From assembly GCA_040285855.1 (NCBI GenBank), contig JAUFOQ010000016.1, positions 992,001 to 1,056,000 on the forward strand: a DNA stretch of 64,000 nt, written 5' to 3'. The notes under the pieces are model-generated. The model made no database searches. It had not been told where the DNA came from and worked only from the letters and a program-made list of their open reading frames with translations. Positions 37,950-49,067 of the stretch are shown here, in pieces (within the stretch, counting starts at the first letter, position 1; each line of letters starts with the position of its first letter). The position numbers and the translations under genes are program-made. The stretch comes from Eukaryota sp. GEM-RC1 (lineage: Eukaryota).

Positions 37950-38777
37950 ATGGACCTCTTGTATGAGCTGCCCTACTCATTGACATGTGCAATCTTGTCA
38001 GTTCTGTATATGTGTATATTTGTCTGTTCTGTTGTCTATCTTCGATACTACATCAAACATGTATCTTTCAAGATCACCATCCATTTCTGGTTCATTCTGT
38101 TAGTTTTCATTAACACCTTACTACGTGTGACGTATTTTGTGTTACCTAGCTACTTTGATACCCCCTTTTCCAAGCTGTCGCCACTTGAACGATTTCTGGT
38201 AGAATTTGTTGTCGAAGCTCCTGCACTAATCAGCTATACCACCTTCTCTCTTCTCAATGTGTACATAAACGATCTTTACCACGGAGCCGTATCAGCTTCT
38301 GCTTCATCTGGCCTCTATAAATCATTCTGTCTATGGTCAAACATCACTTTCTACTGTGTTTCTCTCGCTCTTTGGGTTACTGTTTCTCTCAAACCCCAGT
38401 ACGCCAATCGTATTGAGGATGCTGCCCAGGTTCTGTTCATGACAGCTTGTATCTTAGCAACCATTGGCTTTGCCAAATACGGTTTCTCTCTCGTCAAATC
38501 CCTCCGTAGATTCCCGATAGTATCTGTCTTCATTAAACGCCAGATGTTGAGGGTAACCATCGTGACAAGTATATGTGCATTTGCTTTTCTTGGCCGTGGT
38601 ACACTTCAGTTCGTGACTATGATCAAACACCGCGTGCTAGAGGAATTGCCGTGGTTTGTTCTGACTTATTATCTTTTACTTGATATTCTGCCGTATTCTG
38701 TGCTGTTGTTTATATTGAATGATTTTCCTAAGAAATCAAACTCAACTAGAAATAGTTTTCGTTATTATCGAGTTTAG
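37950..38777 (+). CDS. 7-TM THH1/TOM1/TOM3 (GPR137-like) protein
   Basis: Seven hydrophobic segments; PALISYTTFSLL, GFAKYG..L...L..FPI, V..IC..AFL.R, YY.L.DILP pattern. Confidence 0.8.
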   Translation: MDLLYELPYSLTCAILSVLYMCIFVCSVVYLRYYIKHVSFKITIHFWFILLVFINTLLRVTYFVLPSYFDTPFSKLSPLERFLVEFVVEAPALISYTTFSLLNVYINDLYHGAVSASASSGLYKSFCLWSNITFYCVSLALWVTVSLKPQYANRIEDAAQVLFMTACILATIGFAKYGFSLVKSLRRFPIVSVFIKRQMLRVTIVTSICAFAFLGRGTLQFVTMIKHRVLEELPWFVLTYYLLLDILPYSVLLFILNDFPKKSNSTRNSFRYYRV

Positions 38778-38943
38778 AATGGAGTTGTTGTGGATACTTA
38801 ATTTATTAAACATTGATTGTTGAACAGTACTTTCTTTTCGTTAATTGATCTAGGACTTCAAATGTTCGCTAGAATTTGTTACATACTTACATTGACAGGA
38901 ACAAGTTGTTTCAAATTCTTAACTAATATTACATCAATTGCTC

Positions 38944-39222
38944 TTATTCTCGACTACTGGTATCTAGTATTTCCTCTAATGTGTTCTCTACAATTGGAAG
39001 AACTTCAGGTATGTCGTGCAAGGCCATCATAACATGTCTTGGTTTGATGTATGCAGAATTAGCAGCGTGTGCAAACTCTCCTGCTCTATCCAAGACCTCA
39101 CTGACTAATGACTCTAGAACTCCTGAAAAGTAAACAACTGCTGTTGGCGTTGTCAGACAACCCGAGTCTTTGCGTAACTTTTGATGAACACGATGAGTTG
39201 CAAAAACCTGTTGAGGGGGCAT
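38944..39222 (-). CDS. Short, tailless H2A-like histone-fold protein (92 aa)
   Basis: F...RVHQKLRK, VYFSGVLESLVSEVLDRAG, I.PRHV..A align to the H2A core (FPVGRIHRLLRK, VYLAAVLEYLTAEILELAG, IIPRHL). Confidence 0.8.
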   Translation of the reverse strand: MPPQQVFATHRVHQKLRKDSGCLTTPTAVVYFSGVLESLVSEVLDRAGEFAHAANSAYIKPRHVMMALHDIPEVLPIVENTLEEILDTSSRE

Positions 39223-39299
39223 TAGGACAAATCAACACTGAAGAATATCTATCAAACATTCGCAATCAAAGAAATAAATGTATAATAATCCAAAACTAA

Positions 39300-41869
39300 T
39301 TAATGCATATGGGGGGTCAACTTTAACTGCTCTTCAGTTCTATCAACCATGGCAATTGAATCAGTGGGACACTTAAAACTACAGATAGCACAACCAATAC
39401 ACTTAGCAGGATCAGTAATAAGCTTTCCATCTACCAAAGTAAAAGACATGTAAGGACATCTAGTACAATTCATACACTTAATACAAGTATCATTATCAAC
39501 GAGAGAAATCTTCTTAATGGGGGTCAACTCCATGAAATCAGTAATCGGATTAGGCAATAAACATCCAATCAATTCTTCAACTGACTTAAATCCTCTAGCT
39601 GCAAGGTAATGAGAGAAACCATTCTCCAACTCATCAATACAATGAATACCAGCTTTAGTGGGAAGAGTACAGAACTGGACAGTGGTAGCACCTAAGGCCA
39701 TAAAGTCAGCAGTAGATCTGTAGTCCATAGCTCCACCTGAAGCTGATAGTTCTAATTGATCGCGAGTCCAAGGACAGGGAAGCAACTGAAGCCATGGTGA
39801 GGTTAGAAATGGCAGTAATACCACGTCCGTGAAGCCCAACAACACGAGCCTGTCTATACTTACCATTAGAAGATTGCTTAGACTCAATGAACTCCAAGGA
39901 AGGGAAGGAGTTTGCCAACGTGGCACCACCCTTCTTATTAGGATACTTAGCAAACACTTCCATTGCAGCTCCTACTGGAGTCATTGGATCAGTAACTGCT
40001 CCAGTTAACTTGAAGAGCTTAGGGATGTTAGGGTTTGAACACTCCATTACCCAATCAATGACCTTGCGAGTCAAAGAGGCTGATTGAGAGACCATGGAAC
40101 CTTCATTTCCAGATTTCTCTTCATCTCCACCACTTCCCTGAGGACAAGAAAGTGAATATTCAACTAAATGACAACCTGCATCTTCCAACATCTTGGTATG
40201 TTTCTGCCACGAGGCACGATCAACATCGTCATCACCAGTCATTGATCCACCGGTAGAAGCAGCGATCAAACGATCAGGGAACTCCTTGACCAACACTTTA
40301 ATATCTTCAACTACAGCAGACAAACATCTTCCTGAAACATTATCACAGTTACCATAGGTATTCTCATCAACATAAGCCATGTATTCTGAAGGAATATGAA
40401 TGGGAACGCCATGGAAAGCAGTCTTCATAACAACACCAGCCCATCCTGCTTTCAAAGCATACCTACACTCTTCAAGACCATCAGTAGATGGAGCTGCAGA
40501 GAGAATGAAGGGGGATCGGAGGGGTTTTCCAAAGCTAGTAAGGTTGAGGGGAACGGGACGATTGTTGAAGAGAGGAATGTGCTGAGAACAGCCTTCCCTC
40601 ACAGTGATATTCATTACAATAAACTAGTTCCTTGCCCAAAAGCTTAGAAACAATAGCCACTGCGACCTTCTTACCTTCAGCGACACATTCTACAGCAGTA
40701 GTAGGACCAGTACGGGCGTCACCACAGAGATAAACATTCTGGGGAAGTTCAATATCAAGAGGAGATGAACCTAAAGCCATAATAACCAAGTCAGCAGGAA
40801 GTTTAGACTCGGATCCTTCAACAACTTTGGAACCAGTAGTTCCACGTTTACCCATAGAAACTCTAACAGTGGAAATAGTCTTGCTCTCCTTATCAACACC
40901 AGTAACAATGCTTCTAGGGACAACATCACTGTTAGTTTCTAAGAGCAATTGACGTTCATGATGAGTAACGGGCATATCGTTCAAACCTCTACGATAAACA
41001 AGTGAGATACTAGCCTCGGGATTAGCTAAACGAGACTTAATAGCACAATCAACAGCAACAGCTCCACCACCAACTACAATAATGTTCTCGTTGGAAGAGA
41101 AGTACTTGGATGGATTTCTAAGGAAGTCATTAGCCATGACAGTGTGTTCTGCTCCAGGAACATTGAGGGTACGCTCATTAGCAGCTCCGCTTGAACAAAC
41201 AACAGCGTCATACTTGGAAGCGAGTTCAACGGGACATGCGGTAGTAGAGAGTGTTAATGAAACAAGAGGGTGTTGAACAATAGCTTCAATATCGGCATCA
41301 ACCAATTTGGCAGGAAGGCGAAGTTCAGGAATGAGCTTGAGAGAACCTCCCGCTTGAGCTTCCTTCTCATAGACATCACACTCAATGCCCTGTTGAGCAA
41401 GAGCAAGAGCGGCGGATAGTCCAGCTGGACCAGCACCAATGATGGCTACTTTTTTGGAGGCAGAAGTAGTAAAAACGGGGGCAGAAAGAGCATTGAGGGT
41501 TCGTGCGCGATGAATGATGCTAGCCTGAACAGCGGGAATATCAATCGCACAATCTAACTGAGCTCTAGTACATGCAGCTTGGCAAAACTTATCAGGGCAA
41601 ATAGATCCACAAACACCACCGAAACTGAGGGTCAGTCAGATTATAAAAACATACGGATTGGCTGAAAGAATAAGCTGGGCAGCACGCTGAAAATCACAGG
41701 GGAGGAAGTTGTTAAGTGCAGTTATGAAGTCAGCAGGGCTACAGTGGGCAGGACAAGCATCACGACAAGGTTTGTGCTCACAGTTGAGACATCGCTTCAC
41801 TTGGGCTTTAAGCTGTCCATCAGAAAGAAATTTAAAAGCAGAGAGTTCTTCAAGTTCAACAAATGTCAT
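39300..41869 (-). CDS. Dihydropyrimidine dehydrogenase, PreT+PreA fused in one chain (about 845 aa); one intron, +1 breaks near 40597 and 39778
   Basis: RCLNC..KPC..ACP, NPFGGVCGSICP..FCQ..C, IIGAGPAGL, VVGGGAVAVDCA, FMN barrel (KT, SLSCPQ, KL, NS, SASGG), two C-terminal 4Fe-4S motifs (CIKCMNC, CIGCAICSFKCP). Confidence 0.9.
41625..41654 (-). other. 30-nt spliceosomal intron in the DPD gene
   Basis: GTATGT...ACTGACCCTCAG; removal restores SANPFGGVC; contains an in-frame TGA. Confidence 0.9.
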
Positions 41870-42098
41870 AGGAAGAAGTGGTTGTAAATAAAAATGAAGA
41901 ATTTCTTTCAAAGTCATTTTGATCAAAGTTTAAACAACAAAATACCAGTGTGTACCACATGTGACTGATAGGAAAATTAACTTGACCTAGATTTGGAAAA
42001 AAGTACTTCATGTGCTATATCGATACTTGAAAAATTAATAGAAAGAGAGTACAAAAAAGTTCAACTAAAAAAAGAAATCCATCGCGCCATTTTTCTCA

Positions 42099-45000
42099 AT
42101 GATCGATCCGAACAAGGAAAACCGGTCGATCAGTCTGGATCGAAGCATGGGGACCTTTATACATGCTGCTCCTCACAAAAGAATAGAAGATCCAGATCTA
42201 AAATCCCAGCCCTATCTCGATCTCAGACCTTACGCTCTTGTACCATATCTGAATTTTGGTAAGGTGGTTATAAACAGATCCAAAACAATGAGCCTCTTCA
42301 TCCGTAATCCTGATCTTCATCCACGCAGATTGGTGCTATCCACCCTGGAAAAAGACTTTGATTTTTCTACAGAAGTTACCGTATGCGCTAACAGTCAAGT
42401 CGAAGTTCCTATTACCTTCACGCCTGCTTCTCTTGGTGACACAGTTGCTATTCTTAAGGTACATTGTTTCCTACCTGGATTGCAGATCCGCTTGACTGCT
42501 AAGGTTACCTCTAGTTTGGCTAAATCCATCAGTACTCCCAGTGCTAAGTGCAAACGTCTAGTTAAAAAGACTGTATTTCCACCAGCCATTCCATTTAGAC
42601 AGAATGCAAAACCTACAATTCAGCTGGATAAGACAGTTCGATACCATACTTCAGCAGCCAAGATTCAAGCTCTTTGCAGAGGTTATCTCTATAGGAAAGC
42701 TTTCAAACGATCCATAAGTTCAATTATATATTTACAATCATTTGCTCGAATGAAGATCGTTAGAGATGTATTCAGGTCGAAGAAAGCCGCAATTACCAAA
42801 ATTCAAGCTACAACAAGAGCTTATTTGGCTCGAAAATCGTTTGCAAATTCAATCAACAGTGTTGTTTTGATCCAGTCTTTGATTCGTGCCAAAATTGCTC
42901 AAACTCGTTTCAACTCTCAAAAGAAGGCAATTACCAAAATTCAAGCTGCAACAAGAGCTTATTTGGCTCGAAAATCGTTTGCAAATTCAATCAACAGTGT
43001 TGTTTTGATCCAGTCTTTGATTCGTGCCAAAATTGCTCAAACTCGTTTCAACTCTCAAAAGAAGGCAATTACCAAAATTCAAGCTGCAACAAGAGCTTAT
43101 TTGGGTCGAAAATCGTTTGCAAATTCAATCAACAGTGTTGTTTTGATCCAGTCTTTGATTCGTGCCAAAATTGCTCAAACTCGTTTCAACTCTCAAAAGA
43201 AGGCAATTACCAAAATTCAAGCTGCAACAAGAGCTTATTTGACTCGAAAATCGTTTGCAAAATCAATCAACAGTGTTGTTTTGATCCAGTCTTTGATTCG
43301 TGCCAAAATTGCTCAAACTCGTTTCAACTCTCAAAAGAAGGCAATTACCAAAATTCAAGCTACAACAAGAGCTTATTTGGCTCGAAAATCGTTTGCAAAT
43401 TCAATCAACAGTGTTGTTTTGATCCAGTCTTTGATTCGTGCCAAAATTGCTCAAACTCGTTTCAACTCTCAAAAGAAGGCAATTACCAAAATTCAAGCTG
43501 CAACAAGAGCTTATTTGGCTCGAAAATCGTTTGCAAATTCAATCAACAGTGTTGTTTTGATCCAGTCTTTGATTCGTGCCAAAATTGCTCAAACTCGTTT
43601 CAACTCTCAAAAGAAGGCAATTACCAAAATTCAAGCTGCAACAAGAGCTTATTTGGGTCGAAAATCGTTTGCAAATTCAATCAACAGTGTTGTTTTGATC
43701 CAGTCTTTGATTCGTGCCAAAATTGCTCAAACTCGTTTCAACTCTCAAAAGAAGGCAATTACCAAAATTCAAGCTGCAACAAGAGCTTATTTGGGTCGAA
43801 AATCGTTTGCAAATTCAATCAACAGTGTTGTTTTGATCCAGTCTTTGATTCGTGCCAAAATTGCTCAAACTCGTTTCAACTCTCAAAAGAAGGCAATTAC
43901 CAAAATTCAAGCTGCAACAAGAGCTTATTTGACTCGAAAATCGTTTGCAAAATCAATCAACAGTGTTGTTTTGATCCAGTCTTTGATTCGTGCCAAAATT
44001 GCTCAAACTCGTTTCAACTCTCAAAAGAAGGCAATTACCAAAATTCAAGCTACAACAAGAGCTTATTTGGCTCGAAAATCGTTTGCAAATTCAATCAACA
44101 GTGTTGTTTTGATCCAGTCTTTGATTCGTGCCAAAATTGCTCAAACTCGTTTCAACTCTCAAAAGAAGGCAATTACCAAAATTCAAGCTACAACAAGAGC
44201 TTATTTGGCTCGAAAATCGTTTGCAAAATCAATCAACAGTGTTGTTTTGATCCAGTCTTTGATTCGTGCCAAAATTGCTCAAACTCGTTTCAACTCTCAA
44301 AAGAAGGCGATTACCAAAATTCAAGCTGCAACAAGAGCTTATTTGGCTCGAAAATCGTTTGCAAATTCAATCAACAGTGTTGTTTTGATCCAGTCTTTGA
44401 TTCGTGCCAAAATTGCTCAAACTCGTTTCAACTCTCAAAAGAAGGCAATTACCAAAATTCAAGCTGCAACAAGAGCTTATTTGGCTCGAAAATCGTTTGC
44501 AAATTCAATCAACAGTGTTGTTTTGATCCAGTCTTTGATTCGTGCCAAAATTGCTCAAATTGGTTTCAACTCTCAAAAGAAGGCAATTACCAAAATTCAA
44601 GCAATAACTCGTGGTTATTTGGAAAGAAAGCATCTACAAAACTGTCATGCTGTTTCTGCTTGTATCATAATTCAAGAAACAATTCGTTCTTACCTTCGCC
44701 GTAAACGTCATCAGCATGGACTTCAAGCGATTTCTTTGATGCAGCAAAGGATGAAGCTGAAAGTGGCTCTATATCGTGCTTCTCCAGTTATTCAAGAACA
44801 CATTGAAAATGCAAAACGAGCCGCAACAGCACTGAAGATGCTTTCCAGTCAGTCCTCAAGTGTCAGAAGGAAAGCCATAGAAATGCTACATCCTCTTTGT
44901 GAGAATTGCTCTGCTTGGTTCTGCAAGAATCTTCTCCTTCCCTCAAAGAGTTCTACCATTCCATTTGCGGTGTTGCTGGATGACATCAAATCAGGAAATA

Positions 45001-45374
45001 GATCACAAGTAGACACTCAGTTCAAGATTTCAGCTGTTAAATGTGTTAGAGCCATCGCAAACCATCCGTCATTACTGCCAATGTTATGTTCTCTGAATGT
45101 TATTGATATCTTAGTTGAAATTGTTACAGTTCACTGTAAGACTTGTGAAGAGTTGTCTGCTTCTTGTCTTGGCGTCCTTTTGTTAACAGTCCGACACTCT
45201 TCTTGTCACTCGTATTGGAAGGCTTCAGAAACTGCTTATAAACTGTTGGAACGTCTACACGTGAGTTTCGAACGAAAAAAGAAACTTGCGGTAGCCGCTC
45301 AAAAGAAAACGACTTCAGACACTATTGTTAAAAAACGATTAGATCTTTTACTTAAACATTTGTCTGGTATATGA
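42099..45374 (+). CDS. ASPM/abnormal-spindle-like protein: ASH (Ig-like) domain, about 30 IQ motifs, ARM-like C-terminus; no CH domains seen
   Basis: LNFG.V.....T..L.IRNP...V.ITFTP...G (ASH); IQxxxRxYxxRK repeats; NRS-containing helical C-terminus. Confidence 0.75.
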   Translation: MIDPNKENRSISLDRSMGTFIHAAPHKRIEDPDLKSQPYLDLRPYALVPYLNFGKVVINRSKTMSLFIRNPDLHPRRLVLSTLEKDFDFSTEVTVCANSQVEVPITFTPASLGDTVAILKVHCFLPGLQIRLTAKVTSSLAKSISTPSAKCKRLVKKTVFPPAIPFRQNAKPTIQLDKTVRYHTSAAKIQALCRGYLYRKAFKRSISSIIYLQSFARMKIVRDVFRSKKAAITKIQATTRAYLARKSFANSINSVVLIQSLIRAKIAQTRFNSQKKAITKIQAATRAYLARKSFANSINSVVLIQSLIRAKIAQTRFNSQKKAITKIQAATRAYLGRKSFANSINSVVLIQSLIRAKIAQTRFNSQKKAITKIQAATRAYLTRKSFAKSINSVVLIQSLIRAKIAQTRFNSQKKAITKIQATTRAYLARKSFANSINSVVLIQSLIRAKIAQTRFNSQKKAITKIQAATRAYLARKSFANSINSVVLIQSLIRAKIAQTRFNSQKKAITKIQAATRAYLGRKSFANSINSVVLIQSLIRAKIAQTRFNSQKKAITKIQAATRAYLGRKSFANSINSVVLIQSLIRAKIAQTRFNSQKKAITKIQAATRAYLTRKSFAKSINSVVLIQSLIRAKIAQTRFNSQKKAITKIQATTRAYLARKSFANSINSVVLIQSLIRAKIAQTRFNSQKKAITKIQATTRAYLARKSFAKSINSVVLIQSLIRAKIAQTRFNSQKKAITKIQAATRAYLARKSFANSINSVVLIQSLIRAKIAQTRFNSQKKAITKIQAATRAYLARKSFANSINSVVLIQSLIRAKIAQIGFNSQKKAITKIQAITRGYLERKHLQNCHAVSACIIIQETIRSYLRRKRHQHGLQAISLMQQRMKLKVALYRASPVIQEHIENAKRAATALKMLSSQSSSVRRKAIEMLHPLCENCSAWFCKNLLLPSKSSTIPFAVLLDDIKSGNRSQVDTQFKISAVKCVRAIANHPSLLPMLCSLNVIDILVEIVTVHCKTCEELSASCLGVLLLTVRHSSCHSYWKASETAYKLLERLHVSFERKKKLAVAAQKKTTSDTIVKKRLDLLLKHLSGI
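42791..44584 (+). repeat. Coding tandem repeat, 13 x 138 bp (46 aa, two IQ motifs per unit)
   Basis: AATTACCAAAATTCAAGC recurs every 138 nt from 42791 to 44585; units differ at only a few positions. Confidence 0.97.
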
Positions 45375-46092
45375 TTTATAATTAATCCTTTGTACTAATA
45401 TTTTAGATTAAAACATTGATTGGATTGGTGTTTTAATAAAATTTACAATTTTTGTTTTCTTAAACTAGGAGTCAACTTTTTGTTTCAATCTTTCTTTTGA
45501 CAATTGGTATTGAAGATTTGTAGAACTTTGTTTAATGATATTATTCCTCTCCGCACTCAGCTAACATAAGAATATTCAACAAAAAGGTACTCCCTTCTAA
45601 GGTAAATCAAGTTGACTGTTTAAACAGTTCCGTGCAATTCACAGAGAAGTTTCGATTGGCAAGAATAGACTTAGAAAAAAATAACATGTATTGTCACCAG
45701 AATGTTGTAGAGCATCTGAGTAATCACATCAGAAAACCATTTGATTTGTACAAGCAACACAAAGGAATATCGTATAATTGAGGAGAAGGATTCATGAACT
45801 GAAAGATGTTTAAAATTAACATAAAGGTCATCTATTTGGTAGAGTTGCTCAAGCCTTAATTGATGTTACTGACATTAATTCCGAAGTGACATTAAGTAAG
45901 TTCAACAGTGTAGTAATGTAAAAACTACGTATGTTAAGTATTTACACCAATTGTGATGGAGCAGTTCCTATTCAGCTTTTTACACTCACTGTGATGGTTT
46001 TCCACAACGTTAATTCTGCCCTCTGTTTTTAAGGATTCTTCTGGTCTCTTTACAGTTTCCACTCTCAGTGAATAAATTTAGTTAGATGTAAG

Positions 46093-46588
46093 TAGTGTTG
46101 CACGAAACGTGTGAAAATTCTTGTGGAAACGCGTTTACGTTTCGGAATCGCGTTTCCGTTTTCGAAACGTCTTTTTGTGGTTCTACATCTCAATTTTTCT
46201 CCACCAACATTCTCTCTTCGAAAAAATTCCGTTTAACTGGTATAATTGATTTTTATCAGTTCTTTGTTGTACGTAGAGGTGTTATACATGTTGTTATGGA
46301 TTGTAATTCTCAGTGTTATGAAATTTAGAGAGAAAATTGGATCACAAACTACAGTTATGCCTGTAAGTGTTTTCGTTTTAGTGGTTTGCTACTGTGCATC
46401 CAATTTTGTTGAGAATTGAGTATTAAAGTTCAATAAACGGAACATACTTTTCAACAAATTTACGGGAATCATCAAGTTTTGGAAACGTTTATTCACGTTT
46501 CTGATGCGTTTCCTGTGAGTCATTAACGTTTCTGAAACGTCTCGGAAACGGAAACGCCGGAAACGCCGAAACGTTTTGTGCAACACTA
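46093..46588. mobile_element. hAT-type MITE
   Basis: TIR TAGTGTTGCAC(G/A)AAACGT; perfect 8-bp TSD gatgtaag; GAAACG subterminal repeats. Confidence 0.92.
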
Positions 46589-46674
46589 GATGTAAGAGAT
46601 TTCAATTGCCCTAAACTGCAAAACAAACTCTGCCAATTTTCAAATCTACAGTCCTCCTCCATGTAGCTTTAAAG

Positions 46675-48536
46675 ATGGGATTTAGTCTGCTTCCTTCTCC
46701 TGTTCTCCGCTACTTTCAAGTGTGGGATAAATCTGCGCTACTGAATATTACGTTGGCAGTGTTTTATGGCTTCTTGGCAGGTCATTTGGACATCATTTTA
46801 CAAGCAGTCGTGTTCTTTCTTGATCCTGAAGCTTTTCATGCTTATCGAGGATCATTATATCATTCTTTGTCATATTTTTCATCGCTTCCGTTGCTACTTT
46901 CATCATCACGAGAATGAAGAAAATTCCAGTATGTGGGTTCTTCGCCGCTTTTGCTTTGTACTTACTTTCTGATATCTTCTTTTGGTTTTCTTCCATTGAT
47001 CTATTCTGGCCTTTGACCATAGTTCCTCCAATTGATATTTGGAAGAACATAGACTACCCAGCTGAACTTCGTTACTTTACTCGCTCATTTGAATTCATCT
47101 TTGTATCTGTCTTCTTCTTCATTCTCTTCAAATTACGTTCTAAGTCATTCAAAGAGTCACTCACAGTACCTATTATTGCTGCACTTCACTTGGTCTATGG
47201 CTTAGCCCTGATCTTGATGCACTTCACCTTGTCTTCTTCCGTGGTGTTTATCTTTGTCTTTGCTCCTCTACTTCTTCTCACTGCTCCTCTCACTTACTAC
47301 TACTCTTGGAAGTGGAAGCAAGTCTCTGTGTATTTAAGTTGTTCGCTGCACAAAGGAAAATTCTCTGTGGTTCGAAAATCGTTTACAGAGTCAATCAACA
47401 GTGTTATTTTGATCCAGTCTTTGATTCGTGCCAAAATTGTTCAAACTCGTTTCAACTCTCAAAAGAAAGCAATTACCCAAATTCAAGCAGCAACAAGAGC
47501 TTATTTGGCTCGAAAATCGTTTGCAAATTCAATCAACAGTGTTGTTTTGATCCAGTCTTTGATTCGTGCCAAAATTGCTCAAACTCGTTTCAACTCTCAA
47601 AAGAAGGCAATTACCAAAATTCAAGCTGCAACAAGAGCTTATTGGGCTCGAAAATCGTTTGCAAATTCAATCAACAGTGTTGTTTTGATCCAGTCTTTGA
47701 TTCGTGCCAAAATTGCTCAAACTCGTTTCAACTCTCAAAAGAAAGCAATTACCAAAATTCAAGCAATAACGCGTGATTATTTGGAAAGAAAGCGTCTACA
47801 AAACAGTCGTGATGTTTCTGCTTGTATCATAATTCAAGAAACAATTCGTTCTTACCTTCGCCGTAAACGTCATCAGCATGGACTTCAAGCGATTTCTTTG
47901 ATGCAGCAAAGAATGAAGCTGAAAGTCGCTCTCTTCAGTACTGTAGTTGTTATTCAACAACACGTAGATAATGCAAAACTTGAGGAAGAAGTGTTGAAGA
48001 TGCTTTCCAGTCAATCCTCAAGTGTCAGAAGGAAAGCCATAGAAATGCTACATGCTCTTTGTGAGAATTGCTCTGCTTGGTTCTGCAAGAATCTTCTCCT
48101 ACCCTCAAAGAGTTCCACCATTCCGTTTGCAGTGTTGCTTTACGACTTGAGATCTGATGTCACTTTCGGTGGAGACACTCAGTTCAAGATTTCAGCTGTT
48201 AGATGTGTTAGAGCCATCGCAAACCATCCATCATTACTACCAATGCTGTGTTCTCTGAATGTTATTGATATCTTAGTTGAAATTGTTACAGTTCACTGTA
48301 AGTCCTGTGAAGAGTTGTCTGCTTCTTGTCTTGGCGTCCTTTTGTTAACAGCCTGCTGTTCCTCTTGTCACTCGTATTGGAACGCTTCAGAAACTGCGTC
48401 TTCATTGCTGAAACGTTTACATTTATCTTTTGAACGAAAGAAAAAATTTGCGTTAGTAGCGAAAAAAGGGACAACTTCAGATACTATTGTTAAAAAACGA
48501 TTAGATCTTTTACTTATTCATTTGTCTGGTATCTGA
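46675..48536 (+). CDS. Chimeric gene: copy of the membrane hydrolase fused in frame to the IQ-repeat/ARM C-terminus of the ASPM-like gene; 5' end broken (possible pseudogene)
   Basis: 46914-47323 is nearly identical to 49327-49736; 47368-48536 matches the 3' part of 42099-45374; 540 open codons; 46675-46917 is a diverged, out-of-frame copy of the hydrolase N-terminus. Confidence 0.75.
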
Positions 48537-49067
48537 TTTATAATTAATCTATTGTTAGTATTGTTTTGGTACCATGTTTAATTGTATTTTTCTGGTGCAA
48601 TCTGTCTGTTGTCTCATGTGTTATTGATTGTATCTTCTTTCTTCTCAGTATTGTTTTACTAAATAACCAAAAATTGTTTATTGACAATGAGCTGTATTAT
48701 GATTGTAATTCATATGTGTTCTTTGAATTATTTTTCTCATTGAAATGGTGGTTTCAGGTGAAGATCCGACAAATGTTTAGTAGTTATATTATTGCTTAGC
48801 TATTGCAGGTTCCAGATCATAATTGAACTGGATCTAGTTTCATAAATGTACTGTAGTGTTTTGTTGATCTATGTATTATTCTATCCTGCCTAATAGAGCA
48901 TCCTAAATACCTAAAGAAGTAGTTGCTTTAGAAGAGAACGGTGTTCAATTAGTACTACTAGCAGTCATTGAACCAAAGGCCTCATTTTAGTAACGACTTA
49001 ATGGGAAGTCGACAAATTTCGAGATCTTTTCTAATAGCCAAACCACTGCTTGTCAATAACAACCACA

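Noticed and set aside
42791..44584. Long regular repeat array that could be taken for CRISPR or a satellite
   Set aside because: There are no unique spacers; it is an in-frame 138-bp coding repeat of IQ motifs.
45636..45662. ACAGAGAAG resembling the U6 snRNA ACAGAGA box
   Set aside because: There is no following AGC triad, internal stem-loop or other U6 features.
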